64,000 nucleotides of DNA from an uncultured Gammaproteobacteria bacterium (GCA_964367355.1 CAYIWY010000005.1:19133-83132); one strand, 5' to 3'. Shown: positions 40,228 through 50,948, counted from the stretch's first letter. Notes: a model not told the origin generated them from the letters alone. A program made the numbers and translations.

Positions 40228-42246
40228 TTAATCACTCAATATTTCATTGTTAGACAACCTACTGATCTTTTCAAGCAGAGTCCCCTTGAGATCATCATTA
40301 ATCAAATCTTGTGCCGCGTTGCGAGATTTTACAATCAATTCTAGATTGACACTATTTAATAATTTCAAATTGAATTGGCCACTTTGAGCCGTACCAAATA
40401 AATCTCCCGGGCCTCTTTTTTCAAGATCCATTTCCGCTAATTGCAAACCGTTGTTATATTTTTCCAATAATTTCAAGCGCTCCATTACAGACATGTTCTG
40501 GGACTCGCTAAAAATCAAACAATAACTTTGTCGATTGCCGCGACCGACTCGTCCCCGAAGTTGATGGAGTGAAGATAAACCAAACCTTTCTGCGGCTTCA
40601 ATCAGCATAATTGAGGCGTTGGGGATATCGATACCAACCTCCACCACTGGAGTAGAAACCAGGATGTCGATCCTGCCTTCTCGGAAAGCTGCCACGACTG
40701 TTTCCTTTTCAGTACTTTTTAGTTTTCCGTGCAGTAAGCCAAGCTTGTAGGTTGGAAAAACCTCCTGTTTTAAGCGGTTAAATTCTTCTTTAGAGGACTT
40801 TACACTGACTAAAGTTTCTGATACCTCAATCAGCGGGCAGATAATAAAAGCCTGCCCTCCGGAATCCAATTCTTTTTTTACAAATTTATAAGCATCGTCC
40901 CTTTTTGCTCTGTTAACAACGTAAGTTTTGACTCCTTGTCTTCCCGAGGGGATTTCATCAAGAACTGAAATATCCAAATTTCCATAAATAGTCAGAGCCA
41001 GAGTTCTCGGAATGGGGGTTGCCGTCATTGTCAAAAAATGCGGCTGACTTTTTTGGTTTTTTAAAAAAGATCGCTGCACGACCCCAAACCGCTGTTGCTC
41101 ATCTATGACTATCAAACCTGGGTTTTTGATCTCAAAATTTTGATTCAAGACTGCATGAGTCCCAACAACAACGTCAAAATCGCTAGAGTTTGCTTTTGAA
41201 GAGCTGGTGTGTAGTTCTATCTTATACTTACCTCCGAGAAATTCATTGATTGTTTGAAAATGTTGACGAGCTAAAATCTCAGTTGGGGCAAGTAGCACAG
41301 CTTGATAACCACTTAAAATGCAAGCTAGTATTGGAAAGGCGCTGACAACTGTTTTACCGCTACCAACCTCGCCTTGTAGCAAGCGGTTCATTGGTTTTTT
41401 TGAATTCAGATCGGTTTCAATCTCGGAAATAGCGTCAAGTTGCGAGGCGGTAAGTTTAAAGGGGAGTTTTTCCTGGAATTTATTTAACTCTGCCTTTTTA
41501 TAATTAAATCGAACTGAACTTTGTTTGCTTTCTGATAGCTTTTTTTGTTGTAGATTGCTCAGATGGAGCATTAAAAGTTCATCAAAAGCTAACCGCTCAC
41601 GAGCTTTGGTAGCTTTTTCAAAAGTTGTCGGGAAGTGAATTTCGGCCAGTGCGGTTTTAAGATCAATTAATTTTTGCTCTGACAAAAAAGTTGTATCCAA
41701 AAAGTCCCTGATTTCCAGACTACTTTCCAGAAGATTAAATATCTTTGTGCGCAGCCACTTACTGCTAACTCCGGTTGATTCAGAATAAATTGGGACTAAT
41801 CTTTCAGTATGAATCGGGTTAATCTGTAAATCTTTAATAATTTCATAACTTGGGTTGAAAAGAGTTCTTTTGTTAGCAAACATCCCCACCTTTCCGGAAA
41901 AATTGACCAGCATATTGGGTTTTAACACGGTAAGCAGATAGACCTGATTAAACCAAATAATATCCAGTGCCCCGGAGGAATCGTTGACAGTTGCCTTGAT
42001 GATGGTTTTGCCGGTTTTGGTGCGCAGTTTAGTGATTTGCCAAAGGGTTGCTTTGATTGTTATTGTCTCGCCAATTACACAGTCGGCAATCGATTTTTTT
42101 TCGGAAAGGTCTTCGTAACGAAACGGAAAGTAATAAAGTAGGTCCTCAACTGTCAAAATTCCAAAACTTGCTAGTTTTTTTTGATAGACAGGCCCGATCA
42201 AAGGAATAACTTTTATTGATGAAGCTAAAGTTAGTTTAGCGACCAT
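40228..42246 (-). CDS. recG: ATP-dependent DNA helicase RecG
   Basis: RLLQGEVGSGKT, IDEQQRFG, TATPIPRT, QLRGRVGR. Confidence 0.96.
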   Translation of the reverse strand: MVAKLTLASSIKVIPLIGPVYQKKLASFGILTVEDLLYYFPFRYEDLSEKKSIADCVIGETITIKATLWQITKLRTKTGKTIIKATVNDSSGALDIIWFNQVYLLTVLKPNMLVNFSGKVGMFANKRTLFNPSYEIIKDLQINPIHTERLVPIYSESTGVSSKWLRTKIFNLLESSLEIRDFLDTTFLSEQKLIDLKTALAEIHFPTTFEKATKARERLAFDELLMLHLSNLQQKKLSESKQSSVRFNYKKAELNKFQEKLPFKLTASQLDAISEIETDLNSKKPMNRLLQGEVGSGKTVVSAFPILACILSGYQAVLLAPTEILARQHFQTINEFLGGKYKIELHTSSSKANSSDFDVVVGTHAVLNQNFEIKNPGLIVIDEQQRFGVVQRSFLKNQKSQPHFLTMTATPIPRTLALTIYGNLDISVLDEIPSGRQGVKTYVVNRAKRDDAYKFVKKELDSGGQAFIICPLIEVSETLVSVKSSKEEFNRLKQEVFPTYKLGLLHGKLKSTEKETVVAAFREGRIDILVSTPVVEVGIDIPNASIMLIEAAERFGLSSLHQLRGRVGRGNRQSYCLIFSESQNMSVMERLKLLEKYNNGLQLAEMDLEKRGPGDLFGTAQSGQFNLKLLNSVNLELIVKSRNAAQDLINDDLKGTLLEKISRLSNNEILSD

Positions 42247-42347
42247 ACGATAAAGTAACTAAAAGGGGCGCAATTACAATCGAGAGAAGCATAATTATTG
42301 ATAGAATTATCCAGACGATTCGTGCTTTTTTGCTTAAATTCATAGTG

Positions 42348-43547
42348 TTAGGTAAAAATTATTTTTTTAAAGTTTCTTTTTCCAGCTTTAATTGTCAGTT
42401 CCGAAAGTTCAGTATTAAACATTTCCCGAATATTTTCAATTCTTTCAGAGTTAAAATAAACGGCTGCTTGGGAAGCTAGTCTGGCTGCTTCGGAAACAGA
42501 TTCACACATACCAGTTTCGGTAAGAAAAAAGTGGTAAGGTTTTGGTAGAATATTTCTCGAAAATTCGATTTCTTCAATTAGCTCTGGCATTTCTTTTTTC
42601 TGAACAACCCTTTCAAACTGCGCTTGCGCTTTTTTGGCAGTTTCCGTATCGAAGTACTGCTCAACCAGTGTAAACGCCAACTTCTTTTTAAGGTTTATTG
42701 GATTGTCGACTTTAATCTTATTTCGTATCGCTTTCAGCTCACCTTGTGAAATATCAGTTGTCATTTCAAAAAACTTCAAGATTAAATCATCTTTTAGAGA
42801 CATAACTTTTCCGTACATATCATTTGGAGTTTCTGTTAGATCAATACTATTGTTGAATGATTTACTCATTTTTCGAGAGTCGGTTCCTTCAAGTAACGGC
42901 AGGGTGATAACGAATTTTTCCTTCCCATTTAGATCACGCAACAGCGCACGCCCAACCAGCATATTAAAAGTCTGATCACTACCGCCGATCTCGATATCTA
43001 CGTTCATAGCGACCGAATCATAGCCTTGCATCAACGGGTATAAAAATTCATGCAGGCCGATGGGTTTGTTTTCGCTCAAGCGTTTTTGAAACATATCGCG
43101 CTCCAGCATTTGCTGAACAGTGAAATGCGAGCTTAATTTAACTATTTTCTCAAAAGTAAGCTTAGAGAGCCAATGACTATTGTAAAGCACCTCAGCTGGG
43201 TTTTTGCCGGAAAAATTTAAAATTTTCTCCGCTTGTTTTTTGTAAGTAGCAGCATTGGCCAAAACTTCCTCCTTCGTTAGTGGTTTGCGGGCTGCATTAC
43301 GGTCAGTCGGATCCCCAATCATGCCAGTAAAATCGCCAATTAAAAGAATGACTTGGTGACCCAAATTTTGAAATTCCTTGAGTTTTCGCAAAGCAATCGC
43401 ATTGCCAAGGTGGATTTTTGTGCTTGAAGGATCGATTCCCAAATAAATTTTGAGTTTTTGTTTGCCAGAAAGTTTTTCGACTAGAGCTTTCTTGCTCGGG
43501 TAAATTGTGTCTACGTTTCTAGTTGTGATTTCATCAAAAAAGTCCAT
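42348..43547 (-). CDS. tyrS: Tyrosine--tRNA ligase
   Basis: HLGN and KMSKS motifs, YPLMQGYD; start ATG 43547. Confidence 0.97.
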   Translation of the reverse strand: MDFFDEITTRNVDTIYPSKKALVEKLSGKQKLKIYLGIDPSSTKIHLGNAIALRKLKEFQNLGHQVILLIGDFTGMIGDPTDRNAARKPLTKEEVLANAATYKKQAEKILNFSGKNPAEVLYNSHWLSKLTFEKIVKLSSHFTVQQMLERDMFQKRLSENKPIGLHEFLYPLMQGYDSVAMNVDIEIGGSDQTFNMLVGRALLRDLNGKEKFVITLPLLEGTDSRKMSKSFNNSIDLTETPNDMYGKVMSLKDDLILKFFEMTTDISQGELKAIRNKIKVDNPINLKKKLAFTLVEQYFDTETAKKAQAQFERVVQKKEMPELIEEIEFSRNILPKPYHFFLTETGMCESVSEAARLASQAAVYFNSERIENIREMFNTELSELTIKAGKRNFKKIIFT

Positions 43548-43641
43548 ATGTCTTAAATAATACAAAAAGTAACGTGTTTAATGATAGTCAACTTTATGGT
43601 AAAATACAACGACGACAAATGCTTTTCATATTTTAAATAAG

Positions 43642-46164
43642 ATGAGTTATTCAATATTGCCACCACCGCCAAGATCCCACAGTCGATTGTTGAAGTCTCG
43701 TCGTACTAAGAGACGAAAAGTTAAAATTCTCGCAGCTTTAGTTACAGCTGGATTTATATTCTTTGTGGTTTCGATCTTGGCAACTGCAATTGCTTTTGGC
43801 TATTTCGCCAAGGATCTCCCCTCCCCAACCAAATTAACTGATCGTAGCCCGTCTCAAAGTACGAAAATTTTCGATCGCACCGGCAAGAAACTACTTTACA
43901 ATATTTATGGTGATAAAAATCGAACACTGGTTAAGCTTGATAAAATTCCAAAGGAACTGCAACAAGCTACAATTGCGATCGAAGACCAAAATTTTTACCG
44001 CCATAAAGGTTTTGATTTCAGCGGTATTGCCCGTTCCCTCAAAGAAATTGTTGTCGATAAGAAACTTCAAGGCGGTTCTACGCTCACGCAGCAACTCGTA
44101 AAAAACGCGCTCCTGAGTCAAGAACGAACAGTCACGCGTAAAATTAAAGAAGTTATTTTATCGATACAAATAGAAAGAAGGTATTCAAAAAGCGAAATAC
44201 TCCAGATTTATTTAAACGAAATCCCTTATGGCGGTACGGCTTGGGGAGTTGAAGCTGCCTCCAACCAATATTTTGGTAAGGATGTTTCAGAATTAAATCT
44301 GACAGAATCAGCGATTTTAGCCGGACTACCCCAATCGCCTAGCATTTATTCGCCCTTTGCTTCCGACTCAAAAGCTTATATCGCCAGAACTACCTCAGTT
44401 TTAAGGCGAATGCGGGAGGATGGTTATATCAAAAAAGAACAAGAGGCTAAGTCAATTAAGGAGTTACCGGATGTAAAATTTGCTGCTTTCGGGCAGGGTA
44501 TTAAGGCGCCGCATTTTGCAATTTATGTCAAGAAACTCTTGGAGGAAAAATATGGTGAGCAGAGAGTCCTGCAAGGTGGTTTACAAGTTACCACCAGTTT
44601 AGATCTTGATATTCAGGAGCAGGCTCAAAAAATTGTCCTTGATCAAGTCAACTCCGCCCAAAATAAAAAATTGCGAGTTGGAAATGGAGCTGCAGTTGTT
44701 CAAAACTCGAAAACCGGGGAAATTTTGGCCTTGGTTGGTTCTAAGGATTACTTTGCAACTGATATTCAGGGTAATTTTGATGTCGCCACTCAAGGTTTAA
44801 GACAACCAGGAAGTGCTCTCAAGCCTTTCAATTATATAACCGGATTTGGAAAAGGTTTTACTCCGTCCACCCTTTGGCTGAATCAAAAAACTGATTTTGG
44901 TGGTGGTTACGCACCTCTAAACTACGATAGTAATTACTTTGTCCCCGGTCAAACTAGATATGTTCTGGCAAATTCTTTAAATATTCCGGCAGTCGAGCAT
45001 CTAGCTGTGATCAGTTTGCCCTCGATGTTAAAAACTCTCAGCAATTTTGGGATTACAACTTTGAATAAACCTGACACCTATGGTCTCTCACTAACCCTTG
45101 GGGGTGGCGCAATCAAACTTTATGAACTAACTAATGCTTATGCAATTTTAGGTAATCAGGGTAAATATCATCCGAAGGTTGCGATTCTAAAGGTAACTGA
45201 TTCTTCGGGAAAAGTTTTGGAGGAATTTAAACCAAAAGATGGGGAACAATTGGTACCTTATACTCAGGTTTATCTTTTGGATAATATTTTGTCAGATAAA
45301 AATGCTAAATCCCAAGGCTACGGTACTTATTGGGCCAATCGACTACATTTTCGCGATGGTATTGGCGTAAAAACCGGAACTAGCGAATATAAAACCGACA
45401 ACTGGACTTTTGGGTACACCAATTCCTATACAGTTGGAGTTTGGGTGGGAAATAACGACAATACCCCAATGAACCCAGCTCTTGCTTCCGGTGTTACCGG
45501 AGCTGCCCCAATCTACCACGATATTATGGAGGCAATTCTCAAAGGTAAGCCCCAGGAAAATTTTATACGACCTGAAGGAATTGTTGAAATGGCAGTCGAT
45601 TCCCAAACTGGTATGCGACCGAATCCCAATAATCCTGGAGTTGCAACCCGAAGTGAACTTTTTGATAAAAATAACTTACCTCAAGTAGATGATATGCGGG
45701 TTAAAGTACGGATCTGCAAACCGTCTGGCTTGCTCTCAACTCCAGCTTGTGAGGCGGCAGGACTTTCTGAGGATCGATATTATTTAGTTATGTACGATCC
45801 ATACTGGAAACAGTTCAAAAATGGACAAACCTATTGCAACCCGTGTCCCCCAACAGAGAAAGACACCAGTGTGACGGCACCAGAAAATATAAAGCCAACA
45901 ATCACAATTACTTCTCCAGGTAGTGGTGCTACTGTTACCAAAAACTTTACTGTTGAAGCGACTGTGACGTCCCCGGCAAATATTACTGAAGTTAAATTTA
46001 CTATAAATACAGCCGTTCCCCAAACTAAAACCGACAGCAATGCTCCCTACAAAGGATCGTTTACCAGTGTAGCAAACGGTACTTATACGATCACAGTAAC
46101 TGCCACCGATGATGCTGGAAACTCGAATGCCTCTTCAATTTTGATTACAGTATTTTCCCCATAG
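43642..46164 (+). CDS. Class A penicillin-binding protein (1A family) with C-terminal Ig-like domain
   Basis: EDQNFYRHKG, GGSTLTQQLVKN, SALK, SLN, KTG. Confidence 0.95.
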   Translation: MSYSILPPPPRSHSRLLKSRRTKRRKVKILAALVTAGFIFFVVSILATAIAFGYFAKDLPSPTKLTDRSPSQSTKIFDRTGKKLLYNIYGDKNRTLVKLDKIPKELQQATIAIEDQNFYRHKGFDFSGIARSLKEIVVDKKLQGGSTLTQQLVKNALLSQERTVTRKIKEVILSIQIERRYSKSEILQIYLNEIPYGGTAWGVEAASNQYFGKDVSELNLTESAILAGLPQSPSIYSPFASDSKAYIARTTSVLRRMREDGYIKKEQEAKSIKELPDVKFAAFGQGIKAPHFAIYVKKLLEEKYGEQRVLQGGLQVTTSLDLDIQEQAQKIVLDQVNSAQNKKLRVGNGAAVVQNSKTGEILALVGSKDYFATDIQGNFDVATQGLRQPGSALKPFNYITGFGKGFTPSTLWLNQKTDFGGGYAPLNYDSNYFVPGQTRYVLANSLNIPAVEHLAVISLPSMLKTLSNFGITTLNKPDTYGLSLTLGGGAIKLYELTNAYAILGNQGKYHPKVAILKVTDSSGKVLEEFKPKDGEQLVPYTQVYLLDNILSDKNAKSQGYGTYWANRLHFRDGIGVKTGTSEYKTDNWTFGYTNSYTVGVWVGNNDNTPMNPALASGVTGAAPIYHDIMEAILKGKPQENFIRPEGIVEMAVDSQTGMRPNPNNPGVATRSELFDKNNLPQVDDMRVKVRICKPSGLLSTPACEAAGLSEDRYYLVMYDPYWKQFKNGQTYCNPCPPTEKDTSVTAPENIKPTITITSPGSGATVTKNFTVEATVTSPANITEVKFTINTAVPQTKTDSNAPYKGSFTSVANGTYTITVTATDDAGNSNASSILITVFSP

Positions 46165-46262
46165 GGGGCTTCCTTGCTAGTTGATTTAATAGTTATTTTA
46201 TGCTACTACTTTGGCCATAGAGATCTTTTGATCAGATTTTGAGTAGGAAGGAGGTGAGAAAG

Positions 46263-46514
46263 TTGGATCGTCTTCTCGAAGAGTTGCAGACAATTTTGCA
46301 AAAGTTGATCTGCGTCGATAGGCTTTGGGAAAAACCACTGCCAGTGGCTCGTGACCAAAGCAAAGTCAGGTCGCTCATGGGTGCCTCGCGCTACACTGTT
46401 GTGGGCACCAGCAAGCGGGAAGAGATCTTTAGCAAAGTTCTTGCTGAAGAGAAGGAGTGTCACACAAAGAAAGTTGGGTGTGACAAAGAGCCAGTATTCG
46501 CAGGGAGGCAATGA
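46263..46514 (+). CDS. Hypothetical protein
   Basis: AGGAGGTG SD before TTG 46263; hairpin AAGCCG..CGGCTT at 46562-46594. Confidence 0.55.
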   Translation: MDRLLEELQTILQKLICVDRLWEKPLPVARDQSKVRSLMGASRYTVVGTSKREEIFSKVLAEEKECHTKKVGCDKEPVFAGRQ

Positions 46515-46592
46515 AGGGGTATGTCAGACGGTAGTAAACAAATAGGAAGCAGAGAGACTTAAAGCCGTTCTTGTATTCAAATCAAGAGCGGC

Positions 46593-48584
46593 TTAGTCTT
46601 GTCTAACCTTAACCCTAAATTTTTTAGTTAGGTCTTTTTCAAGCCTAAGTCTTATTTTTTCCACCACTTTGCTTGTAAGTGTTTCCCTCGGATTTTGAAA
46701 CTCCAAACGCACGGCGAGAGATAATTTATTTTCTTTTTTAAAAGCATCAATTATCCAGGCTTTAACCAAGAGTTCATCGAATTCCTCGATGAATTCGACA
46801 ATTTTTGAGGCTAGATTTTCTTGGTCAACGAAAAAAGAAATATCCTCAAAAACACTTGGGAATTTTCCAGCCCCTAGATATTTAGTTTGCAAAGTTTGTT
46901 TTGCTAAATACTCAAAATCAAGCCAAGCGAAGGTGGTATTTAATATAATTTCAAAATTATCTAGGACTTCTGGACTGACAATTGCCACCTGGGCGACTAC
47001 CGCTTCGCCGACTTTATAACTTGTACCGTAAGAAAAAGGTTTTTCATCTGGAAGAGCTTCCTGCTTAAAATTAATAGCAAAACTTTTGAGTAAAGCTTCG
47101 GTTTCGGCTTTTACTTGTCCAAAAGAACGTGTTGAGATAAAGCTAAGTGAACGGTCTTGTTTTGGAAGATTTGTTTTCGGGTCGATTTCTTTACTGAATT
47201 CTTTGGCGATTTCAAAAAACGCTAAACTTAAGTGTTTTTGATTTACTTGGATTGCCTTGAGCAAATTTATAATCAGGCTGGGTCTTAAAAAAACAAAATC
47301 TGAACTAGTGGGGTGTAAAACCTTGATTGTCTTCTCTGGAGTTACAAATATCTTTTTCAAATCCGCCTCGGAAACTAAACTATAACCGGTTGTTTCAAAA
47401 TAGCCATAATTAATCAATTTTTCCCGAACGAAATGTTCTGTATCTTCCTCAAAAAGTTCTTTTTGTAAAGGAATTTCCCCAGAAGGTAGGTTTTTCAAGA
47501 AATTGTTGTAGCCGTAAATTCGCCCAAGTTCTTCGAGAATATCTTCCGGCAAACTGACATCAGGTCGATGCGATGGTATTGTGATCGACATTGTTTCTTC
47601 ATTTAATGGTTGAGAGCTAACTCTAAAACCAAGCGGGGAAAGAATATTGACAATTTCAGTTGGTTGCAAATCGATTCCGAGAATTTGTTTAACTAATGTA
47701 GTATCAAAGTTTATTGTTTTTTGTTGTTCGGGGAAACCCACAGTAGTAATCGTACTAGCAAAAGTCGCGCCAGCGTTTTCGGTAAGCAGTTTAATCGCCC
47801 GGTTCAAAGCGGTTGGGTGCATATTTGGATCAAGTTTTTTTTCAAAACGAGACGAAGCTTCAGTTCGAAGTCCGGTAAAAAGTGAAGTTTTGCGAATTGC
47901 CACCGGGTCATAAAAAGGAACCAAGAGTAAGATTGCTTTTGTTTTCAGGTCGATTTCACTCGATTTTCCACCCATTAAACCCGCTAGATCAATTAAACTA
48001 TTTCCATCTTCAATAATAATTGCTCCCTCTGGGAGTTTTCTTTCGACATTATCCAATGTCACTACAACCTCACTTTTTTTCGCGGCTCTAACTACTGGAA
48101 TTCCTTTTATTTTTGCAGCGTCAAACGCGTGCATCGGCTGACCCAGTTCGAGCATCACCAGGTTCGTGATATCAATGACATTATTTAGTGGTCGGATACC
48201 GGACAGTTTTAAAATTTGAGCGATCCAGTTCGGAGAGGGTTTTATCGAAATATTTTCCAGTTTTACCAGGCTATAGTACGGACAAAGCTTTTTGTTGGCA
48301 ACTTTGAAAGGAATTTTTCGATTTACTATTTTTGAGTTAAGAATTAGGTTGGTGTCCGGAGGTTCTAAATCCAGATCCAAAAGTGCAGCTACTTCCCGCG
48401 CAATTCCGTAAAACGACAAGGTGTCAGCTCGATTTGGGGTAATTTCTAAATCAAAAACGATTTCGCCGTTAATTTTTTTTATCTCTTCGACTTTGGTTCC
48501 GGATAAAAGTAATTTTTCAGCCAATTTTTCTACTGAGAGCTTTATTTTTACGTATTCTTCTAAGGCTAAAAGTGGCAGTAACAT
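46593..48584 (-). CDS. pheT: Phenylalanine--tRNA ligase beta subunit
   Basis: EITPNRAD, GQPMHAFD, EELGRIYGY. Confidence 0.95.
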   Translation of the reverse strand: MLLPLLALEEYVKIKLSVEKLAEKLLLSGTKVEEIKKINGEIVFDLEITPNRADTLSFYGIAREVAALLDLDLEPPDTNLILNSKIVNRKIPFKVANKKLCPYYSLVKLENISIKPSPNWIAQILKLSGIRPLNNVIDITNLVMLELGQPMHAFDAAKIKGIPVVRAAKKSEVVVTLDNVERKLPEGAIIIEDGNSLIDLAGLMGGKSSEIDLKTKAILLLVPFYDPVAIRKTSLFTGLRTEASSRFEKKLDPNMHPTALNRAIKLLTENAGATFASTITTVGFPEQQKTINFDTTLVKQILGIDLQPTEIVNILSPLGFRVSSQPLNEETMSITIPSHRPDVSLPEDILEELGRIYGYNNFLKNLPSGEIPLQKELFEEDTEHFVREKLINYGYFETTGYSLVSEADLKKIFVTPEKTIKVLHPTSSDFVFLRPSLIINLLKAIQVNQKHLSLAFFEIAKEFSKEIDPKTNLPKQDRSLSFISTRSFGQVKAETEALLKSFAINFKQEALPDEKPFSYGTSYKVGEAVVAQVAIVSPEVLDNFEIILNTTFAWLDFEYLAKQTLQTKYLGAGKFPSVFEDISFFVDQENLASKIVEFIEEFDELLVKAWIIDAFKKENKLSLAVRLEFQNPRETLTSKVVEKIRLRLEKDLTKKFRVKVRQD

Positions 48585-49594
48585 TAAAATTGCTCCAAAA
48601 ATTCGATCTCATTTGAATAAAATGATCTAATATCACTGATTCCATATTTGAGCATCGCAATACGTTCTGGTCCCATCCCGAAAGCAAAACCCCGATAAAC
48701 TTTTGGATCGATATTGCAATTTGTTAAAACCTCTGGGTGCACCATACCGGCTCCAAGTATCTCGAGCCACCGACCGCTTTTGTGTAGCACCTCAACCTCA
48801 ATAGAAGGTTCCGTATAAGGAAAATGATGACCGTAAATTCTAATTTTAGTTTTTTCACCGAACATTTTCTTGGCAAATAAATCCAAAACGCCGATCAACT
48901 CGGTCATTGAGGTTTTTTTATCAACCAGGAGTCCTTCCAGCTGATAGAACGCTGGTAAGTGAGTTGCATCAAGGTTTTCCCGGCGATATACACGACCGGG
49001 AAAAAGCATCCGTATCGGTGGTTTATGTTGTTCCATATAGCGAATTTGCATTGTAGAAGTCTGAGTTCGTAGTAGTACTTCCTGGTTAATGTAGTAGGTT
49101 TGTTGAGTATCACGGGCGGGGTGATCCTTATGGAGTCTGAGTTTTTGGAAATTATACAAGTCAAATTCGACTTCAGGTCCATCCATCCAGCCAAAGCCAA
49201 GATAGTGAAAGATTTCCTTGATCTCATCGATAACCAAGAGAGTTGGGTGTTTGTGGCCAATGTCTACCCTATCTGTGGGAATTGTCGGATCAAGTAAATA
49301 AATGTCCGTAGTATCCTTTTCGTCTATTTTTTTGGGCGTAATTTTTGAGAGTCGTTGGCCAATTTTCGCGAATTTTTCTTCGGCCTCTTTTTTTAGTTTA
49401 TTTAAGAGTGGGACGATTTTTCGCTTTTCTTCGTTTGAAAGTTTTGGAATTTCGGCGAATAAATTGGTAATTGCACCGTTTTTACGACCTAGGAACTCGA
49501 TACGGGTTTTCTCGAGAGAATCGATTGTCTCAACAGAACCTAATTTTTTTCCCAAATCGCTTGAAATTTTATGAAGAAGCTCGACTTTTAGCAT
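48584..49594 (-). CDS. pheS: Phenylalanine--tRNA ligase alpha subunit
   Basis: HPARD, FPYTEPS, GFAFGMGPER. Confidence 0.97.
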   Translation of the reverse strand: MLKVELLHKISSDLGKKLGSVETIDSLEKTRIEFLGRKNGAITNLFAEIPKLSNEEKRKIVPLLNKLKKEAEEKFAKIGQRLSKITPKKIDEKDTTDIYLLDPTIPTDRVDIGHKHPTLLVIDEIKEIFHYLGFGWMDGPEVEFDLYNFQKLRLHKDHPARDTQQTYYINQEVLLRTQTSTMQIRYMEQHKPPIRMLFPGRVYRRENLDATHLPAFYQLEGLLVDKKTSMTELIGVLDLFAKKMFGEKTKIRIYGHHFPYTEPSIEVEVLHKSGRWLEILGAGMVHPEVLTNCNIDPKVYRGFAFGMGPERIAMLKYGISDIRSFYSNEIEFLEQF

Positions 49595-49739
49595 AAGCTA
49601 TTGCTTATCATACAAAAAAAGCCTAAATTGAGCAACAAAAAGAAGTTTGTGAAAAACAAAAAAAGAGATTTTTTTATTTCAGAAAACAAAAAAGGATGTT
49701 TTTTGAAGCAAAAAATAAGAAGACGTATTTTTTATCGGA

Positions 49740-49812
49740 ATAAAAAATCGGTCCGGTGGTGGGAAGCTCACGCCTGCCCTACATGAGCCTCCCACTACAG
49801 AACCGATTAACT
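49740..49812 (-). ncRNA. Candidate small RNA (single long hairpin plus U-tract)
   Basis: TTGACA-N17-TATACT promoter at 49819-49847 directly upstream of an AATCGGT..ACCGATT hairpin and T-run. Confidence 0.55.
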
Positions 49813-49893
49813 TTAGTTAGTATAGCAGAGAATGTGACAAATGTCAAGACTATGGGGCAATTACACTGAAGCACTATAAGTTATCTGGTCAAA

Positions 49894-50229
49894 TTAACCT
49901 TCAATTAGCTTCAAAAAAGTATCTTTATCGGTTTGCGCAATTTCAGCAAGTACTTTTCTATCGAGAAGAATGTTTTGCTTTTTTAAGTTATTAATGAAAT
50001 CTTTGTAGGCTACGTCTTCTCCAAGAGCTGCGTTTATTTTAGTTATCCAGAGTGTTCTCGCTTGTTGCTTTCGTTGTTTTCGACCAGCGTAAGCATAGGA
50101 GCCTGCATGCATTACTGCTTCCCTTGCGGTCCTAACAAGTTTACTTCGACCACCACGATAACCCTTGGCGCTTTGAAGGATTTTCTTATGGCGGGCTTTA
50201 TTTGTAATACCTTTTTTTACTCTTGTCAT
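49894..50229 (-). CDS. rplT: 50S ribosomal protein L20
   Basis: MTRVKKG..AKGYRG..RTLWITKINAA. Confidence 0.97.
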   Translation of the reverse strand: MTRVKKGITNKARHKKILQSAKGYRGGRSKLVRTAREAVMHAGSYAYAGRKQRKQQARTLWITKINAALGEDVAYKDFINNLKKQNILLDRKVLAEIAQTDKDTFLKLIEG

Positions 50230-50242
50230 AAGTTGTTGTCTT

Positions 50243-50428
50243 TTACTTTAACATCATTCTTTTTATTCGCTTCTCATCTGCTTTGGCTACAAGTTTAGGC
50301 TCGTTTTGAGATCGTAATCGGCGAGCTGATTTATGTAGTTTCTTATGGGAACTCAGCCCACCTTTACGGAGGATTTTTCCTTGAGAAGTTAATTTAAATC
50401 TTTTTGTTACTGCTGATTTACTTTTCAT
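50243..50428 (-). CDS. rpmI: 50S ribosomal protein L35
   Basis: MKSKSAVTKRFKLT; synteny infC-rpmI-rplT. Confidence 0.93.
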   Translation of the reverse strand: MKSKSAVTKRFKLTSQGKILRKGGLSSHKKLHKSARRLRSQNEPKLVAKADEKRIKRMMLK

Positions 50429-50429
50429 T

Positions 50430-50948
50430 TTACTTTGGTTTTTTCACTGGGTTAAACGAAAGGGCTAAATTACGTCCAAAAAATTTCGCTTCCCCACTTG
50501 GTTCTCCGGACTCTGCCAAAAATTCTTTCGATTTTTTTAAAACGTCGTGTCCAAATTCCGGATGATTCATTTCACGACCGGAAAATTTGACTGTCAATTT
50601 AACCCGGTCTCCGCCTTTTAAAAATTCCAATGCACGAGTGAGTCTATTTTCCAAATCGTGCTTACCGATCAAAGGCCCGAGCCAAATTTCTTTCGTATCG
50701 GTTTCATGCGTGTTTCTCTTGGCAAGCCTTTCTTTTTTGGCCTCTTCGTATTTAAATTTTTTAAAATCTACAATTTTAACAATTGGTGGACTCGCCTTTT
50801 CATTTATTTCCACCAGGTCTAAATCTTGTTCCCTAGCTTTTTCTAAAGCTTCCGTAAGCTTCATGACACCAATTTGTTTGTTATCAATACCTAAAACTCG
50901 AACTTCGCTTGCTCGAATATTTAGATTTAATTTGTAGTATTTTCCTAT
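50430..50948 (-). CDS. infC: Translation initiation factor IF-3 (probable ATA start)
   Basis: LDLVEI..PPIVKIVDFKKFKYE, FSGRE; AGGAG SD 8 nt before ATA at 50948. Confidence 0.95.
   Translation of the reverse strand: MGKYYKLNLNIRASEVRVLGIDNKQIGVMKLTEALEKAREQDLDLVEINEKASPPIVKIVDFKKFKYEEAKKERLAKRNTHETDTKEIWLGPLIGKHDLENRLTRALEFLKGGDRVKLTVKFSGREMNHPEFGHDVLKKSKEFLAESGEPSGEAKFFGRNLALSFNPVKKPK

Noticed and set aside
49601-49812. T-box leader for pheS, and the 61-aa Lys-rich plus-strand ORF
   Set aside because: No T-box GGTGGNACCGCG sequence on the minus strand; the ORF is a by-product of A-tracts
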